Shown here piece after piece: positions 14,296 through 26,972 of a DNA stretch of 64,000 nucleotides (within the stretch, counting starts at the first letter, position 1; every line of letters starts with the position of its first letter). Where the stretch lies: positions 322,152,001 through 322,216,000 of the forward strand of contig OZ024743.1 of the NCBI GenBank assembly GCA_964016885.1, given 5' to 3'. Made by a program: the position numbers and the translations under genes. This DNA comes from Eledone cirrhosa. Lineage: Eukaryota. The notes under the pieces are model-generated. The model ran no database searches. It was given only the letters and a program-made list of their open reading frames with translations, and was not told the origin of the DNA.

Positions 14296-14814
14296 GCGTG
14301 TTCGCGTGCGCGTGTTGAATTGAAAACACGAATATGCTTATGTTTGATCTTTTTGTTAAGGGATTTCATATTTCCTTATTCGTTCCTTATGCTTAGTCTG
14401 AAATAACAGCATTCCTAAATCTATATGTCTATTATTGTTTTAAGACTTTCATAGCTTCATCTTCAGAATAACAAAAGTAATATTAGTGATGCAATGTACA
14501 CATATTGTGCAATGGCCATAACTAATTATCGTAGAGATAATATAACCATGGACTCCTTTTTAATAACAGAAAACAAACCAAAAGTTAACACAATTTCTAA
14601 TACTAGTTTCTTTTTCTGTTTGTTTAACCAAATAAAAATAAAATAAAATTGTATTGAATTACAGAATACGTGTAATCGATTATCAATATTCACAGGCTTC
14701 AACCGATGATTAATTCTTTTAACTTAAAAAGAAACATGAAATATCCGTTTAAAAAAGATCAACCTTGAGCATATACATTTCGTTAATATAACATATTTGA
14801 AAGAGTCCTCAAAA

Positions 14815-15150
14815 ACCCCTTCCAGCGGGTCTTGTCAGAATCAACCGCTTCCAACTGAACCGGTTGGATCTCTAAGCGGGACTAGCCAAGCTCATAGATG
14901 TTATCCAGCCATCTACCCCTAGGTCTCCTGCCAGTTGGTTTTGCCCGTAAAATCTGTCCAGCGATTATTTCCTGAGATATTGGAACCACATGGCTGTAAT
15001 ATCGGAACTGTGATCCCCCAATTCGGAGAAGTAGCGGGTCTACCTGGAGCGACTGTCTCTTATCTGAGTTACGCACCCTATCGAGTAACGTTACTCCAAA
15101 GAACCTTCAGAGGAACCCCATTTCGACCGCTTGTATTCGCGATCGTATTC
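14815..15150 (-). pseudogene. RTE-like LINE ORF 3' remnant
   Basis: QILRAKPTGRRPRGRWLDNIYELG resembles the RTE C-terminal G.R.RGRP..RW.D motif. Confidence 0.6.
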
Positions 15151-15231
15151 TTTCGGTGATTATCCAAGATTCATGGTTGACACAAATACCGAGTCGAAGA
15201 TATCTTTACCCATATTTTTTATTCATCACAG

Positions 15232-15309
<78 letters not shown>

Positions 15310-15315
15310 ATTTTG

Positions 15316-15423
15316 AGTCTTGTTACTCTGGAGTTTCACCTGCTCGCTCACAGGTTCATCATCCAAGAGCTCTTGTGTGATGACCCTGTGAGTGTGTGGG
15401 TAAAACTCCAGAGTAACAAGACT
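15316..15423. repeat. Head-to-head inverted pair of hammerhead-like PLE ends
   Basis: AGTCTTGTTACTCTGGAGTTT...CAAGAGCTCTTG...AAACTCCAGAGTAACAAGACT; each arm has xTGATGA-stem-(G)AAA-CTC CA GAG-TA; related single copy at ~34030-34072. Confidence 0.65.
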
Positions 15424-15452
15424 TACTACTTAGCCCCATAATAAATGGATTT

Positions 15453-15606
15453 ATATGTGTGTGTGTGTGTTGAATAAAAAAAATACGAGTGAAGACAAAA
15501 ACAAATCAACGAATACAGACAGTAGTCCCAACTCATCAGTTGATCTGTACTCGTTGATTATTTTTTTTTTGTCTTCACCCGTATTTTTTATTCATCACAC
15601 ACACAT
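15453..15606. repeat. Imperfect inverted repeat (~65-bp arms) flanked by (GT)n/(CA)n
   Basis: TGAATAAAAAAAATACGAGTGAAGACAAAAA...TCAACGAATACAGA versus TCTGTACTCGTTGA...TTTTTGTCTTCACCCGTATTTTTTATTCA. Confidence 0.7.
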
Positions 15607-15635
15607 GTACATGTTTTAGTGTATTTATTTACAAA

Positions 15636-15722
<87 letters not shown>

Positions 15723-15758
15723 AAGGAATGCAGAATAACACGGATATATATATATATA

Positions 15759-15809
<51 letters not shown>

Positions 15810-16202
15810 AGGTGAGTTTTATTGTATATACCCTTCAATATACAAACCTTAACTTTACATTATTTTTCTCTTCGTTAATTTTCAAATTCTTTTAATTTAT
15901 ACATTATCTTCCAACGGTTTTTCAACCTCTCTATGTAAAACAATATATTTTTCTCAGTTATAAAAGCTATCTCTCTCTCTCTATCACCCATCTCTCCTCC
16001 AATCTCATCCTTCCTCATTATACTCCTCTCCCTCCACTTTTTACTTTCATCTCCTCCTCTTTTTCATCCTTTCCACCCCCTCACCTCAATTTTATTTTAT
16101 TTTTTTTACCCAATATCACTCATCAATCTAAAACTACTTTTCATATGTTGATTTAAAACTGCACTATCCACAAGTGTTTTTAACCTTCATATCATGTCTT
16201 CC

Positions 16203-16273
16203 TATTTTATCTGATGAAAACACAAATGTTATTGCATGATGATATTTGTTTTTGAAATGCGCATAATAAAATA
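16203..16273 (+). ncRNA. Type I hammerhead ribozyme motif (PLE-associated)
   Basis: Stem I TATTTTAT/ATAAAATA, CTGATGA, imperfect stem II (ACAAATGT.../...ATATTTGT), GAAA, palindromic TGCGCA, TA cleavage site. Confidence 0.75.
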
Positions 16274-16393
16274 ATGGAACTCTTTTAACCATCTTTTGAT
16301 CTTATATATTATATATATATATAGGTAAGTTATTCCGGGTTGAATCGGAGGTAACCACAGTAAGTAAGGTACTCAATACATAGCAGAGTATAA

Positions 16394-16885
16394 AAGTTTT
16401 AATATAGATGAGATTCTACAGGACTAGAACTGTTTCATTCTTTAGAAATTATCAGGAATCTGGCTTTCCAAAAATAAATGTTGTGGTATTTATATCTTTT
16501 CAGCTGGTAGGAGAGGGTGGGGAGTGGGATGGGTGGAGGTCATTGGTTGAAAGAAAAGGGAATTCATTAAAAGCTAATTCTTTAAGGCTATAATTTATAT
16601 TTAGAGTGACAAAGGCAGAAAGGATTCTATAAACAGGTTCAGAATGGGGTGCCACTCTTTATTTTTAAGTTTCTCTTAAGCTAACAATGCCTATATTTCA
16701 GGTGTCTATAAGATGGTTGGGGGTCGGTCATGGATTTAAATAAAAGGGAAATTCTTTAAAAGCTAATTCTTTAAAGCTCTACTTAGAGTGACAAAGGCCA
16801 AGAGAATTCTATAAACCAGTTCAAAATATTGGGTGCCTATCATATCATTATTGTCATATTTCTCTTAAGCTATATTCCAGGTGTC
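16394..16885 (-). mobile_element. PLE-like 3' end with hammerhead (16412-16460) and an internal diverged duplication
   Basis: Minus strand GATTC-CTGATAA-TTTC taaa GAAT-GAAA-CAG..CTG-TA-GAATC; 16394-16600 matches the arms of the 18345-18710 palindrome; 16553-16720 resembles 16742-16885. Confidence 0.65.
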
Positions 16886-16937
16886 AACAGACACATTCAC
16901 ATACACAGACACACACATATATATATACATATACATA

Positions 16938-16969
<32 letters not shown>

Positions 16970-16982
16970 CACATATATATAC

Positions 16983-17031
<49 letters not shown>

Positions 17032-17154
17032 TACACATATATATACATATATATATACACATATATATACATATATACATATATATATATATACACACAC
17101 ACACATATATATATATACACACATACACATATATATATATATACATACACATAT

Positions 17155-17221
<67 letters not shown>

Positions 17222-17363
17222 CTCCCTGCCTCTGCCTCTATCTTTACACTCGGCACTTGAAAAAATTGATTCCACTTCATTTACTCTCATCTCGGGATCA
17301 ATTTTGAATAGCGCCAGTTCGTAATTTGAATTCGTGAATTTTATATTCTTCGAATGAAAAGAT

Positions 17364-17445
17364 CCTTCTGACGAGATTCTTTCTTTGCAACGAAGACCGT
17401 ATGGATTCCGTTTATTTTTGAGAATCGAAACCGATTCGGTAAAGG
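17364..17445 (+). ncRNA. Type I hammerhead ribozyme with canonical core
   Basis: CCTT-CTGACGA-GATTCT..40 nt..AGAATC-GAAA-CCG ATT CGG-TA-AAGG; all three stems pair. Confidence 0.8.
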
Positions 17446-17521
17446 TAACCATAGTAAGTAAAGTTAATTTTTTAAAATTTATTTTGAAACTTTTTCTTAT
17501 TTGCTAAACCTTGATTATATA

Positions 17522-17640
17522 TATATATATTTTTTTAAAAATAAGACTCCAGTTGCATTTTCGATTTCATCTTTTTTTCTTTATACTTTCGCTCGTGTAG
17601 GACACCTCGGTTATTTTTCATTTTGTAAAAAAAACCTCAC

Positions 17641-17715
<75 letters not shown>

Positions 17716-17982
17716 TAAACGGAATAGAAAATGCTGACAAATTGTTCACAGTTGAAAAATGGTTTAATTAGGAATAAAAGAGTATTAGTGATTGTATGGG
17801 TTAGTATTCAGTTGTGGTTTTAAGTTTTTAAAAACTTAAAACCACAACTGAATACTAACCCATACAATCACTAATACTCTTTTATTCCTAATTAAACCAT
17901 TTTTCAACTGTGAACAATTTGTCAGCATTTTCTATTCCGTTTACCAATATATAATAACTTGTGTGTTACACCTCTATTCTTT

Positions 17983-18019
<37 letters not shown>

Positions 18020-18130
18020 GTGAGGTTTTTTTTACAAAATGAAAAATAACCGAGGTGTCCTACACGAGTGAAAGTATAAAGAAAAAAAGATGAAATCGAA
18101 AATGCAACTGGAATCTTATTTTTAAAAAAT
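17522..18130. repeat. Outer inverted repeat (~120-bp arms, 17522-17648 and 18012-18130) enclosing a second palindrome
   Basis: AATAAGACTCCAGTTGCATTTTCG...CCTCACTTTCTAAT versus ATTAGAAAGTGAGG...CGAAAATGCAACTGGAATCTTATT. Confidence 0.85.
17712..17947. repeat. 236-bp spacer-less palindrome (PLE-like end), with a one-sided ~40-bp extension to 17990
   Basis: TTGGTAAACGGAATAG...AAGTTTTT|AAAAACTT...CTATTCCGTTTACCAA; 118-bp arms; flanked by (TA)n. Confidence 0.9.
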
Positions 18131-18264
18131 ATATATATATTTATTTGGTTCCTTTGCCGGTTTCGCAGTTCTTTCGGGTAAAGAAACCAAATAAATATAT
18201 ATATATATATATTTTTTTTTCTTTAAATAAGACTCCAGTTGCATTTTCGATTTCATCTTTTTTT

Positions 18265-18333
<69 letters not shown>

Positions 18334-18344
18334 TATATATATAT

Positions 18345-18710
18345 AAGTTTTAATATAGATGAGATTCTACAGGACTAGAACTGTTTCATTCTTTAGAAAT
18401 CATCATGTTTTGGTATTTATATCTTTTCAGGTGGTAGGAGAGGGTGGGGAGTGGGATGGGTGGAGGTCATTGGTTGAAAGAAAAGGGAATTCATTAAAAG
18501 CTAATTCTTTAAGGCTATAATTTATATGTGTGTGTTATAGCCTTAAAGAATTAGCTTTTAATGAATTCCCTTTTCTTTCAACCAATGACCTCCACCCATC
18601 CCACTCCCCACCCTCTCCTACCACCTGAAAAGATATAAATACCAAAACATGATGATTTCTAAAGAATGAAACAGTTCTAGTCCTGTAGAATCTCATCTAT
18701 ATTAAAACTT
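18345..18710. repeat. Palindrome with 176-bp arms and a 14-bp spacer (hammerhead-bearing PLE-like end)
   Basis: AAGTTTTAATATAGATGAG...AAGGCTATAA [TTTATATGTGTGTG] TTATAGCCTT...CTCATCTATATTAAAACTT; flanked by (TA)n. Confidence 0.9.
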
Positions 18711-18713
18711 ATA

Positions 18714-18851
<138 letters not shown>

Positions 18852-19290
18852 CATTTGATGTGTAAACACAGATAGTTATTTCTTCCCCCTTGCTGAAGAT
18901 CCAAGATTTAACTACTGTAACTTTACGGATTATTGGTGAAATATATTTCTTTAATGAAATATATACAAGGAGGATTAATCGTTTTTTAAAAGGTAATTTT
19001 TGAAGCTCTAGTTAAACTTTAATTAGTTACCTACCTAGCTATGTGTGATTACACACTTTACAAATTATCCCCTGTGATTGTTTCATGTGTTTATTTTAAA
19101 TATATATATATGTCAATCAATTTCTAGTTGATATAAAATGCTCGGATCTATTCATTGGAATCTTGGAGCTTATTCTACGGTGGATATGGCGCATGTCTCG
19201 GACATCACTCACTTAATTTAATTTAATTTAATTTATTTCGGATATATATGTTTTCGGGTAGATATATATATATATATATATATATAGTAA

Positions 19291-19321
<31 letters not shown>

Positions 19322-19322
<1 letters not shown>

Positions 19323-19940
19323 TTGTATCCGAGTGTAAACACCTAGCCCAGACTCACTATAAGGGCTGGAGACATGATGTGATGGGCAGGGTGATCCACT
19401 GGCACCTATGCAAAGTAAACAATTTACCACATTCTGAGAAGTGGTATGAGCATAAGCCAGAGTCGGTGATAGAAAACGATCAGGTGAAGGTGCTGTGGGA
19501 TTTTAGGATACAGACGGACAAGAAACTGGAACACAATAGACCTGACCTGGTGGTTTTGGACAAAGAAAAAAAAAAAAAAAAAAGATCGTGCCTGATTGTG
19601 GATGTGGCCTGCCCATTCGACACGAGAGTGCAAGAGAAGGAGAGGGAGAAAATTAACCGATACCAGGACTTAAAGTGGGAGGTAAAAAGGATTTGGAACT
19701 GCCATGAAGTCAAAGGGATCCCGATTGTCATAGGCGCACTAGGGACTATCTCAAAAAGTTTCCAGGGATGGTTAAAGAAAATTGGCCCCTTCACGCTTTT
19801 TGGAACGCTTCAAAAGGCATGCTTGCTGGGAACAACAAGAACCCTCCGATACGTCCTGAATATCTGAGGCTGCAGGTAGTGGCATGATATTCATTTCAAG
19901 AAACTTTCCAGTTAACTAACATCAATGACTGAGACTCAAA

Positions 19941-19985
<45 letters not shown>
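19322..19985 (+). mobile_element. 5'-truncated R4/Dong-clade retrotransposon inserted in (TAA)n; RLE domain open to the stop at 19867
   Basis: IVSECKHLA..YKGWRHD..IHWHLC..WYEHKPESVIEND.VKVLWDFRIQTD...HNRPDLVV..LIVDVACPFD..EREKI.RYQDL..IPIVIGALG..LQKACLLGT; (TAA)n on both sides. Confidence 0.9.
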
Positions 19986-19987
<2 letters not shown>

Positions 19988-21541
19988 TTCAAGACTAAAA
20001 TCCAAAGAGGGCTCGATAAGGATAAATATATATAAGAACCGTAGAGCAAATATTTATTAAAATAACAGATTAAAGTTTAAGCAAAGAATTGCTGCTTTCA
20101 CCCTTAACGGGATCTTCTGAAACTAACAAAGTCAATCTGTAAACGCAGAAGTGGATATTTCAAAAAACGTTGCAACCGGAGGAAGACAGGAAGACGATAC
20201 TTTGGTTCGTGGAAACGTTCGCTGGCAAAGAACGGGAAAAAACGAATGATACGTCATTAATAGGAGCGGTGAAAAACAATTACGCGCAAAGACAGAACCA
20301 CGTTTATGGTATAAAAGTGGTCGTAGACTAATGTTCTCTTAGGTGGTTCATAGAGACATTCTCCGGCAATGAACGAAAAAAACGAAGGTAATACGTCATA
20401 TGGGGAGCGTGGAGAACAATAGCACGCAAAGACAAAACCACGTAAATGGTATAGCAGAAGTCGTAGACTAAAATTCTAACTAGGAGACCGAATGAATCTC
20501 CGCTACAGAGTTAAGAACAAAGTAAATAAATACAATACAGAAGTAATAGAAATAAATAAATACATACCCGCTAACAAATACGTACATACACAAGCATACG
20601 CAAAACACTTACCATAGGTATACAAAACCACAAACAAAACATATACTTAGCTCCCACATCAAGACGTAAAATATCCACGTAAAGATCGTACTATCCGTTA
20701 GGGTGTAACGTGGGGCTGTAATACAGGAAGGTTCTGTGCAATTTATGTTTACAAGCCAAAATTGCCTCAGATTTTTGTTTAAGATGTGGTCTGTGGCGTA
20801 GAGTATTTCCAGGGCCTCAGCGGCGCAGAGGTCACATGGTCTTTTATTTCCGTTATACGATCTAGTCCTAGCTAGGATCTCCCAGTGTAACTTATATTGG
20901 GTGTGGTTGTCTTTTAGACTCCAGATATAAGCTGAAAGTGACGTCATATTCCTTCTTAGAGGGTAACGAAAAGAATGGGTATGCGTGTAAAGACGCTGCT
21001 TGAATCTATTGGCGGTTAACCCTATGTAGGCCCTACGAGACGTGGGTGTTACAACCTTACATTTGTAGACAATGTTACTAGAGAGGCATTTCCCGGATAG
21101 GGGGCAATCAGCCCGATTCCTACAATTACAGTTAGTACTAACTACAGGGTTGCACGTGTTCCTACGGCTAGGTAGTTTAGCTAAATTTGAAGCTGTGATG
21201 TTATGTGCAAGGTTAGGAGTCGTAGAGCAAGAAATTTTAATAGTATTTCTATCAAAAATTTTATTATATTTATGTGTAGGGGGAAAATGCTTCGTAATAA
21301 GGAAAAGAAAGATCTTAGCTAATGTCTTCCTCCGGTTGCAACGTTTTTTGAAATATCCACTTCTGCGTTTACAGATTGACTTTGTTAGTTTCAGGAGATC
21401 CCGTTAAGGGTGAAAGCAGCGATTCTTTGCTTAAACTTTAATCTGTTATTTTAATAAATATTTGCTCTACGGTTCTTATATATTTGATATATATTCTTTA
21501 TCGAGCCCTCTTTGGATTTTAGTCTTGAAATTTATTATTAT

Positions 21542-21545
<4 letters not shown>
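19980..21545 (-). mobile_element. 5'-truncated Penelope-like element (Naiad-type) with inverted pseudo-LTRs
   Basis: ~205-bp inverted repeat (19980-20187 versus 21324-21545) around a GIY-YIG ORF remnant; (TA)n flanks; ~140-bp internal duplication at 20235-20475. Confidence 0.88.
20700..21320 (-). pseudogene. PLE GIY-YIG endonuclease domain
   Basis: Manual translation KHFPPTHKYNKIFDRNTIKISCSTTPNL...CNCRNRADCPLSGKCLSSNIVYKCKV....AYIGLTANRFKQRLYTHTHSF...TSLSAYIWSLK...WEIL...CDLCAAEALEIL...LNK; 1-nt frameshift near 20775. Confidence 0.88.
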
Positions 21546-21593
<48 letters not shown>

Positions 21594-22349
21594 GTTATTC
21601 TGCATTCCTTATTTATATATATATATATATAAGTTTGTAAAGTAAATACACTAAAATATGTACATAGTGAAGGATTCATATTTCGTTTACTTCATAATCC
21701 CGTCGTAACTACTGCTTTCTGACAAGAGACTGTTCTGATAACCCGGTAGATTCAGCAAAACTACGAAATAAATCACTATTATTAACAAACCCACTGAACG
21801 GAAAAAGATGGGCATCGTTTTCCGATCTGTGGGTTTATACTCCCCCTTATTATTAGACTATTATATTTAGTCAAAATTGTTAAAATGTCGGTATATTCAT
21901 GAATAACTGTGATCATAGGTTTACTCAATCATGACTGATTTAGAACTAAACAACAGCAATAAGAACAGAAGCTTGACAAATAATTTCTAGAGCCAAATTC
22001 TCTTAAATGCTAAAAAAAGGTTTTTGAATACCCTTAAGTTCCTTACATATTTCTGTTAACGTCTGTACATTACATAAGAGAAAAGGTTACTAGTTGACCT
22101 TGCTTTGTTAAAGGTCACCAAGCTGACCTTGCTTTTTACCGAAATCAGTCAGAACTGTCGAGACTGAACAGATAACAAATTATGATAAATTAATTGCTTT
22201 TGAAATAATTATGTAAGGTTTCTGAGAAGGGCATGAACGTCAAAACATCATTCCTCACATCATAAATAAACTAAAAATATATAAAACGTTTCATGTTTAG
22301 ATAAGAATTAATTATTTTGGAAATACTGAAGTCGGGAGAAAGAGAGGAT

Positions 22350-22515
22350 GTAGAAGGGAGCGGTGACGGAGAGAGGGGTGGGAGGGAGGTGAGAGAGAGG
22401 GGATGGAAGGGAGGTGAGAGATAGAGGAGGTGGAAGAGAGGTGAGAGATGGGTGAGTGGAAGGGAGGTGAGAGAGAGGGGGTGGAAGGGAAGGGAGAGAG
22501 GGAGGCTGGAAGGGA

Positions 22516-22559
<44 letters not shown>

Positions 22560-23065
22560 GAAAGAGAAAGAGAGAGGATGGAAGGGAAGTGAGAGAGGTG
22601 GTGGGAGGGAGGTGAGAGAGAAAGAGGATGGAAGGGAGGTGAGAGCGAGAGGGGTGGAAGGGAGGTGAGAGCGAGAGGGGTGGAAGGGAGGTGAGAGAGG
22701 GAGGGGTGGAAGGGAGGTGAGAGCGAGAGGGGTGGAAGGGAGGTGAGAGGGAAACGAGAGAGTAAAGCAGAAGACCTGCAGAGAAGGAGAGTGTAAAGGG
22801 CTGTATTAATAAGGGCTGACACTATGACAATCAAGTATTTACCCTTACAGAGCCCTTTTCTGATGGTGTGTGATGGTGTATGTATGGTGTGTGTATGTGT
22901 GTGTGATGGGGTGTGTATGGTATATGTGTGTGTGATGGGGTGTGTATGGTATATGTGTGTGTGATGGTGTGTGTATGGTATATGTTGTGTGATGGTGTGT
23001 GATAGTGTATGTATGGTGTGTGTATGGTATATGTGTGTGTATGGTGTTTATGGTGTGTGTATGTG
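22350..23065. repeat. Purine-rich (GGAAGGGAGGTGAGAG) minisatellite followed by a TG-rich minisatellite
   Basis: Visible ~24-26-bp degenerate units at 22370-22750 and GGTGTGTATGGTATATGT units at 22862-23065. Confidence 0.75.
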
Positions 23066-23247
23066 TTCGACTGTGACGTGACAATGTGACTGTGGCATTA
23101 GAGAAAAATAATTCTAAGGGTTCAACAACATTTAATAACAAATATATATATATATGTGTGTGTATACATATTTATATATACACACAGATGTTTGTATGAA
23201 TATGTATATATGTGTGTATGTATGTATATACACACACACACATATAA

Positions 23248-23402
<155 letters not shown>

Positions 23403-24219
23403 GTGAGATAGATAGATAGATAGATAGATAGTAGATAGATGTTTTAAAATCAAACATATAACAATTGTTTCTACTATTGGCACAAGGCCAGCAATTACCC
23501 AGTGCATTACTGGTACTTTATTTTATCGACCCCATAAGGATGAAAGGCAAAGTCAACCTCGGCGGGTTGACTTTGCCTTTCTAGAAAATGTACGTATTTA
23601 TGTGAATATGTATACATGTGTGTATACACACACACAGACATACATACACACATACATACATACATACATATTCGTATGGCTTTGCCTATGTATATATAAA
23701 TGGCGTATGGTTCTATGTGTATATATCTGTGAATTCTTATATAAGTATGCGTGTATCTGTGTGTGCATGTATACTTATGTATGTATGTATGTGTGTACTT
23801 GCACGTATATGTATGTAAGTGCTAGTATTTCTAAGCACAGCAATATTATATTTATGTAATTCATATAATAACACATATGTTTCTTTTAATATACTCTGGA
23901 TGTGTCGACCTTACGCAATACTGAAGCACATTTAAAACCACCCATGTGGCTTTAAAGCATGTTAAAACGTTTCTTTAAGAAGACTCGAACCAACAACTGG
24001 GTCTTCGCTGGAGGTAACGGGTATGACCTCTGTTTTGTAGGTGAGATCAACTAAAACAACAACAACAACAACAGTTGTAGAAACCAACAGACGTAACAAA
24101 CAAAACAAAAAATAAAAACAGAAAAATATTTCAATCAAAATAAATACATTGCCTGAGAAACCATTGAAAGAAAGAGAAAGACGGAGAAGAAACGATTCCT
24201 TGGGAGACTTTAAGAAGAT

Positions 24220-24580
24220 TATTTCTACTTTAGGCACAAGGCCAGCAATTTTGGCGGAAGGGAAAATCGATTAAATCGTCTCCAGTGCATTACTGGTGCT
24301 TTATTTTATCGATCCCTTAAGGATGAAAGGTAAAGCTAACCTTGGCAGTATTTGAACTCAGACCGTAAAGCGCTGTAACTCTATGCCATAAATCATGTTG
24401 TCTGACAATCCGCCAATACTGCCAATCCAGCGCCCTAAATCTTGGTTTATTTTTTATCGACCCCATAAGAATGAAAGTCAAAGCTAAACTCGGAGGGATT
24501 TGAACTCAGACCGTAAAGGGGTGTAACTCTATGCTGTAAAGCCTGGTGCCCGACGCTCTACCGATACTGCCAATCTACCG
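24220..24580 (-). mobile_element. Two SINE family A copies
   Basis: Family A motifs at 24220-24435 and 24450-24580. Confidence 0.8.
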
Positions 24581-24824
24581 ATACTGCCTATATGAAAAAG
24601 AAAATAATAAAATGTTTTCCAGCAATGCTTGATGTAAACCTATGATCCATCCCTACTATGGTTTCAATTAACAGGCTATATATTGGGTTGGAAACAAACT
24701 TCCCGTATACCTTTGTATTTCTTGTTTATAAACGTTATATGGGAACTTTACTTCCAACCCAATAATTCCCAATGCAAAGTTAAAAGATCATTGTTTGTTT
24801 TTGGAAACATGGTGAAACAGGTGT

Positions 24825-25315
24825 AAAACATGTAGGGCCCTTGACAAGATGTGTCCCTCACGCACAAACATGTGGATCCCTTTGACTAAATTTATCCATC
24901 ACATACAAACATGTGGGCCTTCTCTACTAGATTTGTCTCTCACACACAAACATGCGGGGCCATTGACAAGATTTGTCTCTCATACACAGATGTTGGGTCC
25001 GATGAAAAGATTTATCCCTCACACACAAAAAAATAAATATGTGAGGTCCCCTGAGAAGATTTATCCCTGAGATACAAACATATGGGTCTCTTGTCAGATT
25101 TGTCTCTCACATACAAACATGTGGGACCCTTGACAAGATGTATCCTTCACACACAAACATGTGGGGCCTCTAGACAAGATTTGTCCCTCACACAAAATGT
25201 ACCCTCCCCTTCGACAAGATTTGTTCCTCATACACAAGCATGTGGGTCCTTTGACACAACTTGTCTCTCACACACAAACATGTAGGTCACCTCGACTAGA
25301 TTTGTCCCACACATG
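24825..25315. repeat. Degenerate ~40-bp minisatellite (~12 units)
   Basis: Consensus ACACACAAACATGTGGGTCCCTTGACAAGATTTGTCCCTC. Confidence 0.85.
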
Positions 25316-25929
25316 GGCTTTAATAAGATACAATGTTTTTTTTCCTCAAGATTATGTTTGCAGTGGTTATATTATATATGTATGACTATTTGGGAGAACC
25401 ACGCTGCTAACACACACCAATTGGGTTTAACTTCTAATTTATTATTAGTCAGATAACTAATCCCTCCCTCCTTAAGTTTAGTAAATAGGTAGTAATTTAA
25501 CTGTCATAGATCTTTCGACACAACATTTATGACCTTCTTAATGAATATTCTTGCTTTTTTTGTGTCGTGTCACATTTTAGTTTTGATTTTTTTTATTGAC
25601 TCAATCTTGGCTAATAATAAAGCCGAAGTGAAACTCAACGGTGCATGTGTTTTCATTGGCAGCATAACACTCCGTAAGTATAACAATGTGTGTTTCATCA
25701 CACGATTCCACACCAATTGTAATCTTTCAAAACAAATATAAAAACGAAGATATATATATACAGAGAGAGAGAGAGAGAGAGACGGGGAGGGGGAGAGAGA
25801 AAGAGAAAGAGAGAGATATGTAAAATCCCGACCGCGGCGCCAAGCTAATTAGTGAAACTTGTTACACTGAAGATTCACCTGCTTCTCACATTGTCATCTC
25901 ACAGTGACTTGAAATCAGGATGCCACCAT

Positions 25930-26039
<110 letters not shown>

Positions 26040-26390
26040 TGTGTATCTGTGTGTGTGTCTCTGTGTGTCTCTGTGTGTCTGTGTGTGTTCTGAGTTTAAA
26101 TCGACTTAGACGTTTATTGTTCCGTTGTTAAAAATAATATAAAATACCTATTATGTACTAATGTTAATATAATCGACTTTATCCCTCGCTTAAATAATTC
26201 GACACTGTGTAAATCAGAAACCAAACATGCACCTATAGATAAGTCACACCTTCAGTTTGTATTCAATATTTACAATGTGCCATGTATTTTTATTGAAATG
26301 TTTAAGTTCAGTAAATAATTTGTATACCGAGACGTCATAATTTACATGGAAATAAATGCGATTACGCAGTGTAGTTACGGTGTGTATATA

Positions 26391-26484
<94 letters not shown>

Positions 26485-26764
26485 AACGCAAAATGTAAAC
26501 GGAAACAATAAAGCAAACCATTCAGTACAAAGACGAAATATATTAGTTTAACTCTTGATATACTAGGAAAAGAGTCTTTACGTTTCGGACACTAGTTCTT
26601 CATCAGAAAATAGAATGAGAAATAAAAGATGAACTAGAAAGATAAAGAGTTAGAAGAGGAAGGAACAGAAAAAGATTGTTTTAGTAAAATCACGTAGAGC
26701 AAATATCTATTATTAGTACAGATTAACGTTTAAGCAAAGAATCGCTTCTTTCACCTATATATAT

Positions 26765-26911
26765 ATGGAACTCTCTTCCCACACACTTTTCGTCTGAAGA
26801 AGGGCTTATGCCCGAAACGTCGTCCCCCACCACCACCCCACTCTCAAGAGCGTGAAACTAATAAACATTTGTTCGTACTGCCTCTCTGTTTTGTTCCCGT
26901 TCAATTTTTCG

Positions 26912-26912
<1 letters not shown>
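26765..26912 (+). mobile_element. PLE-like 3' end with minimal hammerhead; longer reverse copy from ~34768
   Basis: CTGAAGA-A-GGGC ttat GCCC-GAAA-CG-TC at 26794-26821; reverse-complement homologue at 34768-34905. Confidence 0.7.
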
Positions 26913-26971
<59 letters not shown>

Positions 26972-26972
26972 G

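Noticed and set aside
20235-20475. SECIS element in the Naiad-like 3' UTR
   Set aside because: No in-frame UGA in the visible ORF and no convincing AUGA/AA/GA kink-turn stem
24028-24047. Plus-strand recursive splice site TGTTTTGTAG|GTGAGA
   Set aside because: Single short motif expected by chance; no independent support
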